A DNA stretch of 64,000 bases from Cyanophora paradoxa CCMP329. Lineage: Eukaryota > Plantae > Glaucophyta. Below are positions 36,030 to 47,864 of the stretch, in pieces (within the stretch, counting starts at the first letter, position 1; each line of letters begins with the position of its first letter). Both the position numbers and the translations under genes were made by a program. The DNA lies in assembly GCA_004431415.1 (NCBI GenBank), contig QPMI01000123.1, positions 62,001 to 126,000 on the forward strand. The letters are read 5' to 3'. The notes under the pieces were generated by a model, which made no database searches, was not told the DNA's origin, and saw nothing but the letters and a program-made list of their open reading frames with translations.

Positions 36030-36106
36030 TACTAGTAGGCTATTAACAGGCGCCGGCTAACTTGTAACAGCCTGCAGGACCAGGTAGCTACTGTAGTCTG
36101 TAGGGC

Positions 36107-36329
36107 AGTGTAGGCATAGTTAAATTGCCGTGGAGTGAAATTGCCGAATTCGGCCGAAACCGGAATTGCCGTGGCGATAAATTGCCGAATCCAGAGCTCT
36201 GCTCTAGGTCGGGCAAAGAAACTATCTACCCTCCAAGCAATTGCCGTGGTGCTAAATTGCCGAATTCGGCCTCACGGCAATATACGGCAATTATTTACCA
36301 CGCTAAAAAACTACGCAAACGTGTACACT
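36107..36329. mobile_element. Diverged relative of the 35805-36029 MITE in opposite orientation
   Basis: Colinear with the reverse complement of 35805-36029 (for example AAATTGCCGAATTCG..AAACCGGAATTGCCGTG.CGATAAATTGCCGAA and CGGCAATATACGGCAAT). Ends are degenerate. Confidence 0.75.
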
Positions 36330-36517
36330 AGAGCCTGCCAGGCTGGAGGCTATAGCTAGCTGGCTGGCCGGCCAAGTCTTCGAGTCCTAGCTGGAGCCTG
36401 GAGGCTGGCCGCCAGCTGGCGCCGGCCGGCCTGGAGGCTGGCCAGCTGAGCGGAGGCCGCCGGAGGGTATACGTACAATTTGGAAGGCACTCCCGGAGTC
36501 CTTGCAATTCGACGTCC

Positions 36518-37752
36518 ATGTCGACGTCGCGCGTTGTTCATATCACGGTCGTCTCCGACGCGATCTGCCCCGTACGCGATACGGCCGCTCAATCTTCCGA
36601 GCGCGCTTTTGCAATTGCCTAACGCGCTTGCCCCGCGCGCAGTGGTGCTACGTCGGGAAGCGCAACCTCGACACGGCCCTGAAGAAGCTGAAGAGCGACG
36701 GCTACGAGTTCCAAAGTGAGAACCGTCCTTACAGGCCGTCGGGCGCGGTGGGTATTGTGACGTCAATGACGTCGTCGGCGCGCGGCGCGCGCGCAGTTCG
36801 GTGGCGGCCATTCCAGCTCAACCCGACGACCCCGAAGGAGGGATATGACAAGGTACTTCGCCCGACGTCCCGCGCGGCCCACGCGCAGTCCAAGCTAGCT
36901 CCAGCTCGCGGGCCGGGGCCCCTCGGCGCGGAGTTCGACGCTGCCGGCGCGCAGATGGAGTACCTGCGGAAGAAGTACGGGCGGATCGACCACATGGTCG
37001 AGCGGCTCCGCCTCGTCGGCGAGGGCATCGGCATCCGCTTCCGAGACGGGTCCGCCCGCCTAGCCTCGCACGGGGCCGCACCGCGGCCGGGCCCACCGCG
37101 CCGCCCACTCCGCGCCGCCCGCGCGCTCGCAGGGGCCGGGTGGTGAACACGACGGACGCGCACCGCTGCGTGGAGCTCGCCGAGAAGTACGGCAAGCAGC
37201 ACGAGGCGCGCCCGGCCCGCTCTCCTCTTGGGCGTCACGGGGCGGGGCTGAGGGGGCGGGCGGGGCGGGCAGCTGATGGAGGCGCTCTTCCGGCGCTACT
37301 TCGAGGAGGGGGATGACGTGAGCGCCCGCGACGTCCTCCTCGCCGCCGCCCGCGAGGCCGCCCTCCCCGAGGACGAGGCACGCCCCCCGGCGCCCCTCGC
37401 GCCTTCGAGGCCCTGAGCGGCGGTGCGGGGGCGGGGGCAGGTGGCGCGCATGCTGGACTCGGGGGAGTACAGGGAGAAGGTGGCCGACGAGGACCGCCAC
37501 TGGAAGCACGAGGCACGCGCCCCAGCCGGTCAGCTCCGAGTTCCGAGTCTGAGGGGGGGCGCAGGTGGGGATCGGGGGCGTCCCCTTCTTCCTCATCGGC
37601 GGCGAGGGCGGGTGCGCATGCGCGCGCCCCACGCAACCCGGCACTTCAGAGCGTGATCGGGCGGGCGGGGAGGGCGCAGGGTGGAGCTCTCGGGGGGCCA
37701 GCCCGTGGAGGCCTTCCTCGCCGCCGTCCGCCGCGTCGCCGCCGGCGCGTAG
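36518..37752 (+). CDS. DsbA/FrnE-family thioredoxin-fold oxidoreductase (9 exons)
   Basis: VVSDAICP|WCYVGKRNL, RWRPFQLNP, NTTDAHR, LFRRYFEEG, GIGGVPFF and LSGGQP. Confidence 0.92.
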
Positions 37753-38125
37753 GGCGCCCCGCAGGCAGGAGCTATCGGTGGATCTAGAGAAATGCGTGTT
37801 ATGGCTTTAGCTATAGTTAAGTATGAAGGATACGTATGGATTATTCGATGATTCGTAAAGCATCAAAGACGCGTCCAGTAATTCCAATTTCCAAGCGCTT
37901 GGGGCGTGCTGCGTGCGTGCAGTTTCGCAGCAGCACACGCAGTCCGGCGCCCACGTCTCAATGAATCAAGAAAGCGAAATTCTGTGTATCACAACAAGCG
38001 AAATGAGATGCGAGTTCAAGCACCAGAAAAAGACCACGAAAGGAAAAAAGGGCAGGCCTAGCTAGCTACAGAGACAGATGAAGAGAGAGAGGCATCGAAA
38101 GGCCAACGGGGACACTGCTGCCGCA

Positions 38126-41100
38126 CTAGCCGACGGGCCCGGCGCGGGGCAGGGGCCAGAAGCGGCCGACGACGCGGCCGATGAGCTTGTGGCGGGGGAC
38201 GAAGCCCCACACGTGCGAGTCCACCTGCCGGGGGGTCACGTTCGAATCCTCAAAGCTGGAGATCGGGTCAGAGCCGGGGCGGACCGAGTCGTTGCGGTTG
38301 TCGCCGAGGACGAGGTACGCGTTCGCCGGCACCCGCACCGGGGGGAGCTCGTACCTGCGCCGGCCTCAGCGCCGCCGCCCCGGCCCTGGCCTGCGCCCCC
38401 TCGCACCGGACGGCCTCCTGGAGGTAGGGCTCGTCGAGGGGCTCGCCGGCGACGAGGACGCGGCCCTCGACGACGGCGACCTCCTCGCCGGGGAGGCCCA
38501 CGACGCGCTTCACGAACGCCGTGTCCGCCGGGTACCGCCCCAGCAGCTGCTCCGGCGCCCGGAACACCACGATGTCCCCCCGCTGCCCCGCCCCGCCTCG
38601 GCCGGGGGGGGGGGGGGGGGGGGAGGGAGGGGCGGGGCGGGGCGCACGCGGGGCCGGCGGGCGCGGCCGGTGACCTTCTCCACCGCGATCCGGTCGTTCA
38701 GCTGCGGGGCGGGGGTAAGGCGGGGCGCAGGGGGTAAGGCGGGGCCAACGGGGGGGTGCGGGCCAGGAGGGTGGGCTCCATGGAGCTCGAGGGGATCCAG
38801 AAGGTCTCCAGCACGAAGGCCCGCAGCGCGAAGAAGGCCGCCGCCCCCGCCCCCGCCGCCCCCACCTGCTCCCGCACCTGCCAGGGCACCCGGCCCCACG
38901 CCCCCCCCACCGCCCGCCGCGGCTGCCCCGCCCGTGAGCCGGCGAGGGCGCGGGGGCGCGGATCGCACGGACCGCGCCGGCGGCGTGCCAGAAGCGGAGG
39001 GCGCGCTCGCCCACCGGCGCGAGCGGGGCCAGAACCTGCCCCGCCGCCCTCTCAGCGCGGCCCTCCGCGAAGGGCGGGGCGCAGGGGCGACCGACCTCGC
39101 GGGCCTTGGCGGCGGCGATGGCGAGCATCTCCTCGGGGGTGGGCTCGTGGTGGGGCTTGGGCGCCAGGTCGGGGTTGAGGGAGACGCGCAGGGCCCGCAC
39201 GCCCTCGACCACCGCGTCCAGCCGGTCCTCCGCCGCGCACACCTCCCCCCGCGTCAGCTTCCCCCACCCCCGCCTCCGCTCCTCCGCCCCCGCGCTCGAG
39301 GCGCCCCCGCCGCCCCCGCCCTCCCCTGCGCCGCCGTCACCGCCGCTGCTGCTGCCGCCGCCGCCCTCGCTGCCGCTGCCGCTACCGCTCCCGCTCCCGC
39401 TTCCGCCGCTGCCGCTACCGCTGCTGCTGCCGTTGCCGCTGCCGTCGCCTGATCCCGAGCCGTGGCTCGAGCGATCGCCGCCGCCGGCCGCCGCCTCCTC
39501 GGGCTCGGCTTCCTCCTCCTTCTCGACGGGGGAGGGGGCGCCAGCACCGATGGCGGCGCCGAGGACGGAGCCGCCCATGGCGGCGGGGACGGAAGGAGGG
39601 AGGGGCGGGGGCGACGGGGACGGCGGGGGCGAGAGGGGCGCCATGGCGAGGCAGGCGGAGGGGGAGGAGAAGGCGGGGGCGGGGGCGGCGGGGCGGGGGC
39701 GGCGGAAGTCGATCTCGAGGACGCGGCCGCCGGGGCCGCGGTAGCGGGCGGGGTAGCGCCCCTCGACGGAGAGGGCGAAGCGGCGCTCGGCCTCCGCCGC
39801 GAAGGGGCTCCCCGTCTCGCTGAACTCGCGCTGCGGCGGCTGCGGCTCGGCGGGCGCCACGAGGTTCCGCGCCCAGTGCGTCGAGGGGTCCACCTCCAGC
39901 GTCCGCTGCGAGGCAGCCGTCAGGAGGGGCGGGGGGAAGGGAACCAGGCGAGGCGCGCACGCCGGGGGCGTCGGGCCGGAACTCCTCGAAGGCGGGGAGG
40001 CCGCCCGGCGCCTCCTCGCCGGGGGCCGCGCCCGCCGCGCTGGCCTCCAGCCCCGCGGGCGGCTGCTCGGGCTCCCCCCAGCTCCACAGGCCCCCGGCCT
40101 CTTCCTCCTCCTCATCCCCCTCTTCGAGGTCGAGCATGGAGGCGGTGGGGGCGAAGACGAAGGCGCCGCGGGCGCGCCCCGCGGCGCGCTCGGCGGCGGC
40201 GCGCTCGGCCTCTGAGTCCTGGGCGGGGGCGAGGGCCTCGTGGGTGAAGTCGGGCCACGCGTCCCGCACGGCCGCCTCGAAGGCCCCCGCCGGCAGCGCG
40301 AAGCTCCCGAAGAACGCCTCGTGCACCCCCCGCAGCCGCTCCGACGGCACGAAGGGGCCCAGCGGGGCCGCCCCCACCGCCCGGAAGTAGGCGAGGTACG
40401 CCTCCCACCACTCCTCCGCCCCCGCCTCCTCGGCCTCGGCCTCGGCGAGGAAGGCGAGGGCCTGGTCGGAGAGGGCGAGGCTGGGGACGGGGAGGCCCTC
40501 GTAGGGCGTGCCCCGCAGCGCCGCCCGCGCCGCCGCGCTCTGCTCCCGCATCCGCCGCAGCTGCTCCCCGCTGATCCCGCCCCCCGCCAGCTCGCCGGCC
40601 GGCACGCCCCCGGCCTCCTCGCCCTCCTCCTCGGGCTCCTCGGGGGCGGCGAGGGGGTCGAGGGCGTCGAGGTCGAGGCCGCGCAGGCCGACCTCGCCCA
40701 CGCCGGCCCCGCCCCGCAGCGCCGCCTGGAGGAACGAGGCTGGGGTGAGCTCCACCCGCAGCGCCTCCTCCCCGCCCTCCCCCACCACCGCCACCCCCTC
40801 CACCTCCTCCTCGTCGTACCACCGGGGGCCGGAGGCCGCGCCGGCGCCGGCGCGAGGGGCCTCGTCCTGGGGCAGGAGCCAGCCGCCGGTGGCCTCGAGG
40901 CCGGCCAGCGTGAAGCTGCCCTCCGACGCCTCCTCCTGCCAGCTCCCCGTCGCCTCGACGACTCCGAAGCGCTCGAAGGTGTTGATCGGGTCCGCCGCGA
41001 TCGCCTGCGTCCAGAGCAGCCATCAGCCAAGCCAAGATGAGCGAGCGGAGCGGAGCGGGGAGGGCGGGCGCGCCTCGGCCCACTCGAGGGCCTCGTCGTC

Positions 41101-42527
41101 GTCGGGCTCGCACATGCCGCGCCGCGCGAACTGCTCCAGCACGAAGCGGGGGGAGACGCCGCCGCGCAGGGCCGCCTCCGTGGCCACCTCGTCCAGCGCC
41201 AGCTGCACCGCCACGTGCTGCAGGACCTGCCCCGCCCCGCTCGGCGTCTTCCAAGGGCGGCGCGGGACGGCAAGGGCCCCACCTCGCCGAGGACGGTGGA
41301 GGCGGCGGCGATGGCCGACCCCGCCGCCGCGTCCGACAGCTCCTCCCGCTCCTGCGCGCCCCGCCGGTCGGCGGAGGAGGGGCGGGGCGGGGCGGGGGGG
41401 CGCACGGCGGGGAGGGCGGCGGGGAAGTGGCAGCGGCGGAGGAGGGCGAGGACCTCGCGGGCGGGGAGGGGCCTCGCGCCGGGCTCGCGGGCGAGGGCCT
41501 CGAGGGCGGCGAGGGCGGCGGCGAGGGCGGGGCCGTACTGCGCGTCCGCCAGGAACGCGTCGACGAGCCGCTGCAGGTCCCCCGGGCTGTTCGACGCCGC
41601 CACCAGCTCCGCCCCCGCCCCCACCCGGCTCCGGCCCCCGCGGCCCCGGCGAGGGCGGCTGGGCGGGGCCGGGGCGGGCGGCAGCGGGGCGTGCGGGACG
41701 AACGAGTCGAGGGCCTCGCGGAGGCCGGCGTGCCGCGCCTCCTCCTCGGACCGCGCGAATGGCTCGAAGCGCCACGGCGTGCGCTCCGGCGCCTCCTCCT
41801 CGCCGACGAGCGGGGGCGGGCCGGCCGCCTCCACCCGCCAGCCCCGCTGCGGGTCGAACGCCTCCAGCGGCGCGGCCGCCGCGCGAGCCTCGTAGCCGGC
41901 AGCCTTGCCCAGCGCCTCCCAGTTCACGTCGGGGTCGCCGCCCTCCACGGCGGGGCCCGTGCGCTCGTCGAACTGGAGCGCCCGCGCCCGCAGGTCCCGC
42001 TCCAGCTCCAGGATGGGCGTCGCGTCCATCAGCCGCAACCGCTCCTTCGCCGCCTGCACGCCCCGCAGCACGTCCCGCTGCGGCACCGCCAGCCCGAAGC
42101 TCCGCTCCTCCGCGCTCCCATCGCGCGTCTGTGTCTCGCCTGCGGAGTGCGATCGGCCACCCGGCCAGCCGCGGGGCGAGCAGGGCGATCGCACCGGAGC
42201 ATCGCGCGTCCACGCCGCCGCGGCCATGATGCGGCGTCGCCTTGCCCCTGGAGCTGTCACCGTTTTCCGGGCGCGACTGCTGGGACGCCAACGCCAACGC
42301 ATCCTGCGCGAGCGGCGGGCAGCAGAATTCAGGTATCAGCGTCGACGACCGAATGGTGGAGGTCGGAGCGCGCAGAGACAGCCGGGCCGTACCGCGCGGC
42401 ATAGGAGCGAGTTACGGCCCCGCAGGCGGCGGGTGATTGCGGACGCTTCTCTTGCGATCGCGCTGCTCGGTGCGCTCGCAGGCGGTGCCGGCAGGGGGCC
42501 GGGACCAACGAAGCCAGGTCCGGTCAT
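38126..42527 (-). CDS. Type I signal peptidase (S26, LepB/thylakoid processing peptidase-like) with a very long acidic N-terminal extension and a probable plastid transit peptide
   Basis: FWIPSSSMEPTL (catalytic Ser), RGDIVVF, FVKRVVGLPG (catalytic Lys), GDNRNDS|VDSHVWG. Upstream exons splice in frame with no stop. Putative start MTGPGFVGPGP. Confidence 0.8.
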
Positions 42528-42674
42528 TTTGCAACAGAAACGGGTACGGCGCCAAAAGGCGGAGAGTCGCGCCCTTGCTTTACAGCCCTCATCGCGGAGC
42601 GTGAACGGGCTCAACTGCACGCACTTAGATAGGGGAGATCATCCGGGCAGCCCGCGGCGCAGCCAATTTTGAAT

Positions 42675-45600
42675 ATGGACACGCGGTCTCCGCCCGCGGC
42701 TACGCGGAGCCCGCTGGCGGACATCCTGACCGCGTCCCGAATCGTGGACATCACGGGCAACTCTCCCGCGCCGGCCTCCACAGCAAACAACTCGCTCAGC
42801 TCGCCGTATGGTGGGACGCTGGCAAACATCTCGCCGCTCGCCGGCATCTCGCCGCTGCGCGGGGCCCTCTCGGGCGGCGACAACCTCCGCTCGCTCATTC
42901 AACAGAAAGGTGCGGTCGCCACCGCTCGCGCGGGCCTCCCGCCGCCGTGCCGCGCTCACCCGCGGCGAGCAGAGAAGGAGCTGTCGGAGATCACCGAGTA
43001 TCGCGCGCGGACATTGGAGCAGGCGCTGAAGGACAAGGATAAAGAGCTCGCTGAGCTTAAGCTGCGCTACAACAAGCTGAAGGAGGACTTCCAGTGCGGC
43101 CGGCCCTGCCGCTCCCGCGCGGGGCTCTCACCCGGGCGGCAGGTACAATCTCAAGCTTCTGGAGGGCCGCGATGCCGACCTTGACAAGCTGGAGGCCGCT
43201 GTAGAGACCCTCAAGACCGTCATCCGCGACAGGCGCGCCGCCGCCGCCCGCGGCTGCGAGGGCGGGGCGCTGACGGGGGGCGGGGCAGGGACGTGGAGAT
43301 CAGCGAGATCAAGGTGTCGATGGCGGACGCGCAGAGCAAGGCGCGGCAGGAGCAGGCGCGGCTGGCGGAGGTGGAGCGGTACCACCAGGAGAAGGCGGCG
43401 GAGCTGCGGGAGCAGCTCGACGGGGCGCGCTGGGGCCGGGAGGAGGAGCTGCGGCGGCAGCGGGAGGAGTTCGAGGGGCAGCGGCAGGCGCTGCAGCTGC
43501 AGGTGCGGGAGCGGGAGGAGGATCTGGACGCGCAGCGGCGCGACCTGGGCGCCGCCTTCGACGAGCTCCTCCGCCGCACCGAGGCCGACGCCCGCTCCCG
43601 CGAGGACGACCTCGCCACCAAGGCCCGCCCCTGCCTCCCGCCGCCGTATCGAGGACCGTGGCTGACGGGGGGCGGGACACAGCTCGCGGCGGCGCAGGGA
43701 CGGGTGAAGGCGCTGCAGACGGAGCTGGAGGTGGCGCGGGTGCAGGAGCAGGCCGCCCGCTCCGAGAGCGACGAGCTCCGCGCCGCCCTCCGGTGCCCGC
43801 CGCCACCGGCTGAGCCGCCGCCCCGCCGCCTTGACTGACGCCGCCGCAGGGAGTCGGAGAAGCGGACGAAGGGGCGGGAGTGGGAGCTGGAGGACGCGAC
43901 GCGGATGCGGGACCTGCGCATCGCGGAGCTCGAGGCCCAGCGCGAGCAGGCGCGCCCCCGGTCCCGCCGCCCTCCCCCACGCCCCCGGGTCTGACGCGCG
44001 CTGCAGCGGGAGCGGGCGGTGGAGAACCTGGTGGCCTCCTACGAGGCGCGCCTCGCCGAGGCCCAGCAGGCCGCCGCCCGCCTCGCCGACGTCCGCCCCG
44101 CCCCGTGCCCCGCGGCGGCCCGCCCTGAGGCGCGCGCAGGCGGCGGAGCGGGACCGGCGGGAGCAGGACGAGAACGTGGCGCTGGTGCGGGCGGAGGCGG
44201 AGGCGGTGGGGCGGCAGGAGCGGGCGGCGGTGGAGGCGCGGCTGGACGCGGCGACGCTGCAGCTGCAGGCGACGGAGCGCGAGCTCGAGGAGACCCGCGC
44301 CCGCCTGCGCGACGCCCGCCGCGAGGTCCGCCCGCCCGCGCCCTCTCACCTGCGCCCCGGCGGATGCGAGGTGGTGCGGGGCAGGTGGAGGAGCGGGGCG
44401 TGGCGGCGGAGCGGGCGGCCCGGGAGCGCTCGCACACGTCCGTCGAGGCGGAGCGGGAGGCGGCGGAGCTGCGCGCCGAGCTCGCCCTGCGCGCCGACGA
44501 GCTCGAGGCGATGCGCGGCCGCTTCGAGGCCGCCCGGCGGGCCGCCGAGGAGCGCGCCGCCGACCTCGAGCGGGCCCGCGAGGAGGCCTCGGAGGCCCTC
44601 GAGCGCGAGCGCACCCTCAAGCTCGAGCTCGCTCGCAGTGCGCTCCGACAACGCCGCCCCCTTTCCCCCCGCCCGGCCTCACGCGCCGCATCGCGCAGGG
44701 GGGCGGGAGCGGGAGGCGGAGGTGGAGGAGCGGCAGGCGTGGGCGGCGTCGGACGGCAAGCACGAGGCGGTGCTGCGGCGCCTCCAGGCGGAGCGCGCGC
44801 AGTCCCAGCGCCAGCTCCGCGTGCGCCCCGCCCCGGCCCGGGAGCCTCTTTCGTCCCGCTGAGGGGCCGCCCCGCAGGAGAAGGAGGAGCGCGTGGCGCA
44901 GCTGGAGCGCGAGGTGGCCGCGCTGAAGGCCAGGCGGCCCCAGCAGTCGCCCCCGCAGGCCCGCCCCGGCACCGCCGACGGCCGCCCCTCCACCGCCGGC
45001 GGTCCGCCCCGTGCTTCAGCCCGAAGCCCCGCCGCGCTGACGCTAGGGCAGAGAGCGAGCCGTTCTCGCCCGGGGCCTTCGAGTTCCCCAGCTCGCCGCC
45101 CCCGACGCCCCTGCCGGGCCCCGCGCCCCCGGCGCGCCGGCCCGAGGGCGGGCTGGAGGCGGTGCGGGAGGAGGGCGGGGAGGAGGCGGGGCGGCTGCGG
45201 GGGCGGGTGGCGGAGCTGGAGGAGCAGAACGCGCGGCTGGCGAAGGTGGTGGGGGAGATGCGGCGGGAGGTGGAGCGGCTGCGGGAGGCGGCGCCCGGGG
45301 AGGCGGGGGCGCTGCGGGCGGAGCTCGAGGGCGTCGAGCGCGAGGCGCGGGCCGTGCGGGAGCAGAACCGGGCGCTGCTGAGGCGCCTCGCCGCGGCGGG
45401 GGCGGGGGAGGGGCCCGACGAGGCGCTGGAGCTCCGGCAGCAGGCGCACGAGCTCGCGGAGGCGAACGGGCGGCTGCGGCAGGAGCTGCGGGAGGCGCGG
45501 GCGGAGGCGGCGGAGCAGCGTGCGAGCGCGCTGGGGTTCGAGGCAGCGCTGCAGGAGCGGGACGAGCGCGTGGCGCGCCTGGAGGAGGAGGTCGACGCCC

Positions 45601-47150
45601 TCCGCGCCGCCCGGCCCCGCGCCCACCCCGCCCCGGCCCCGGCCCCGGCGGTGCCGGCGGGGGCGGGCGGGGAGGTGCGGGAGCTTGCGGGGCAGGTGGC
45701 CGCCCTCAAGGAGGAGCTCCGCGCCCTCGCCGCAGGGCGCGAGCGCCCCGCCACCGGCGCCGGAGAGAGGCGGCGGGCCTCCTCCTCGGGGGAGAAGGCG
45801 GCGTCCGGGGCGGAGAAGGAGAACGGGGAGCTGCGGCGGGCCCTGGAGCGGCAGGCGGCGGAGGCGCGCAAGCTCGCCGCCGAGCGGGAGAAGCTGATGG
45901 AGATCTCCAACATGCTCCGCGCGGACCTCACGCGGGCCCTCTCCGACTCGTTCCAGGCCCCCAAGGTGACGGCGGCGGTGCGGGAGACGGAGAAGGCGGT
46001 GGAGGAGCGGTACGAGCGGAAGCTCGCGCACGTCGAGTCCTCCATCCGCGCCCTCGCCGAGCAGAACGACCGCCTCAAGCGCAAGCTCACCCGCTATAAC
46101 GTCCGCCCCCGCCCCCTTGCACCACCTCGCGCGCCCGACCTGGTCTGATGGGGCGGGCGGGGGCAGGAGATCGCGGCGAAGTACGAGGGGATGGAGAGCC
46201 CGCTGGAGCTCCTCAGCGGCCACCGCCGGCGCCGGCGCGGCGGCGACGCCGGCGAGGAGGGCGAGGCGAGCGGCGGGGAGGGGCGGCGGGCGAGCGCGGG
46301 CTCCTCGCGGGGCCGCAGCCGCAGCGCCGGCCACAAGCACGAGCACCACCACTGCCGGCGGCACAGCCACAGCCACAGCCACAGCCGGAGCAGGAGCCGC
46401 AGCCGCTCGGCCCACGGGCGCCGGCGCAGCGCGGACGAATCGCTGCTGGAGGAGCGGGGGCGGTGGGCCGAGCCCGCACCGGCCCCGGCGACGCGCGGGC
46501 GGGCCCTCTCCCCGGGGGTCGCCCCCGGGCGGGGCGGCGGCCCGTCGTCGGCGGCGCTGGGGGCGGCGCTGGGGCGGGCGGCGGAGCGGCTGTGGGCGTC
46601 GGCGGCGAGCAGCGAGCGGCCGGTCTTCTCGTCCATCGACGGCCCCGGGCGGGAGTCCATCACGGCGCGCGAGCTCGACGCCATCTCCCTCGACGGGGAC
46701 GACCCCGCCCCGCCCCGCGCCGGCCTCTCCGCCTCCTCCGCCGCCCCGACCCTCGTCGGCACCGCCGCCCGCCGCCCCCGCGCCGCCGCCGCCGCCGCCC
46801 CGCGGCGCTCCCTGTCGGACGACGAGGGGGTGCGGGTGCGCCGCTCGTCGGCGACCGCGCCGGCCGCCGGCTGCTCGGCGCACGGCGGCGAGGCGGCGCG
46901 GCGGCAGGAGTCGGCCCGCCGCCGCCTCCGCGAGGCGCAGCAGTCCCTCGAGCTCGCCGGCCGCGCCTTCGGCCGCCCCGCCTCCGCCTCCGCGGCGGCG
47001 CGGGCGGCGGGGGCGGGGGCGGCGCAGCCGGCGCGGGCGAGCGAGCGGGCGACGGCGAGCCAGAAGAAGAGCCTGAAGCGCGTCAAGAAGAAGGCCGAGA
47101 CGGACGCGCGCCGCCGCCTCCCCCGCAACTACAACGTCCGCGACGACTAG
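42675..47150 (+). CDS. CCDC57: Coiled-coil domain-containing protein 57 (centriolar)
   Basis: LIQQK|EKEL..LKEDFQ|YNLKLLEGRDADL, EREKLMEISNMLRA and C-terminal RNYNVRDD*. Confidence 0.85.
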
Positions 47151-47864
47151 CCGCGTCCTCGTCGCCTCATGGTTCTGTTCGAAGTGCGGCCTGACCGAGG
47201 CAGTCTGTAGAGTTAGTGTCGACGTCTGCCGCAGTAAAATTGCCAGTCATGTGCCACGCTTACTGGGCCTACTGGGCTAGGTCCAACGTTCACCGGGGTT
47301 GAACGGGTGTGACGCTGCCTGCCACTGGCGCGGGCCCTGGCTGGCAGTGGCCCAGTGGGGCAGGCCCGGGGGCCCTGACACTCACACTGGGACAGTCCGA
47401 CGGTCACGATCCAGCAAATCAACCTCAGGGCCTGGCAGCCTGGCAGCCCGGCAGAGTTCCAAGCCTTCATCTTGCCATGATGGCGCCGTGGCATCATGAC
47501 TCACTGAGGTTTAAGGGTTTGATGCCGAATCCAAGGGTTCACGGTTTTGATGCAACTTGCAAGTTTAAGACTTAACTTAGTAAAGGCTTTCAAGGGTTTG
47601 ATGCCGAATCCAATGATCGGAGATTTGAATTTTCGAAATCAAACGACGTCTCTGGGGCACACTGACCACAGAGGACTCCGGGAGAAATTCGGACAGGCCG
47701 AAGAGCGAATTTGGAGCTCGCAAGCAAAAGCTAGCTGAAACTCTGCAATTGGATATGGTTTGCGAAACGAACTAGAGCTCGATTCAAGATTCAAATTCGA
47801 AGCAGCATCATGAATGATCGAATACCGTGCGTACTGTATGCGAATTTGCAAGATGTAAATAGAA

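Noticed and set aside
36560-36650. Possible selenocysteine in the DsbA/FrnE active site
   Set aside because: The spliced motif is TGC CCC TGG TGC (CPWC), with no in-frame TGA.
46330-46410. His/Ser and Arg/Ser dipeptide run in CCDC57
   Set aside because: This is a simple hexanucleotide expansion in a disordered region, with no evidence of function.
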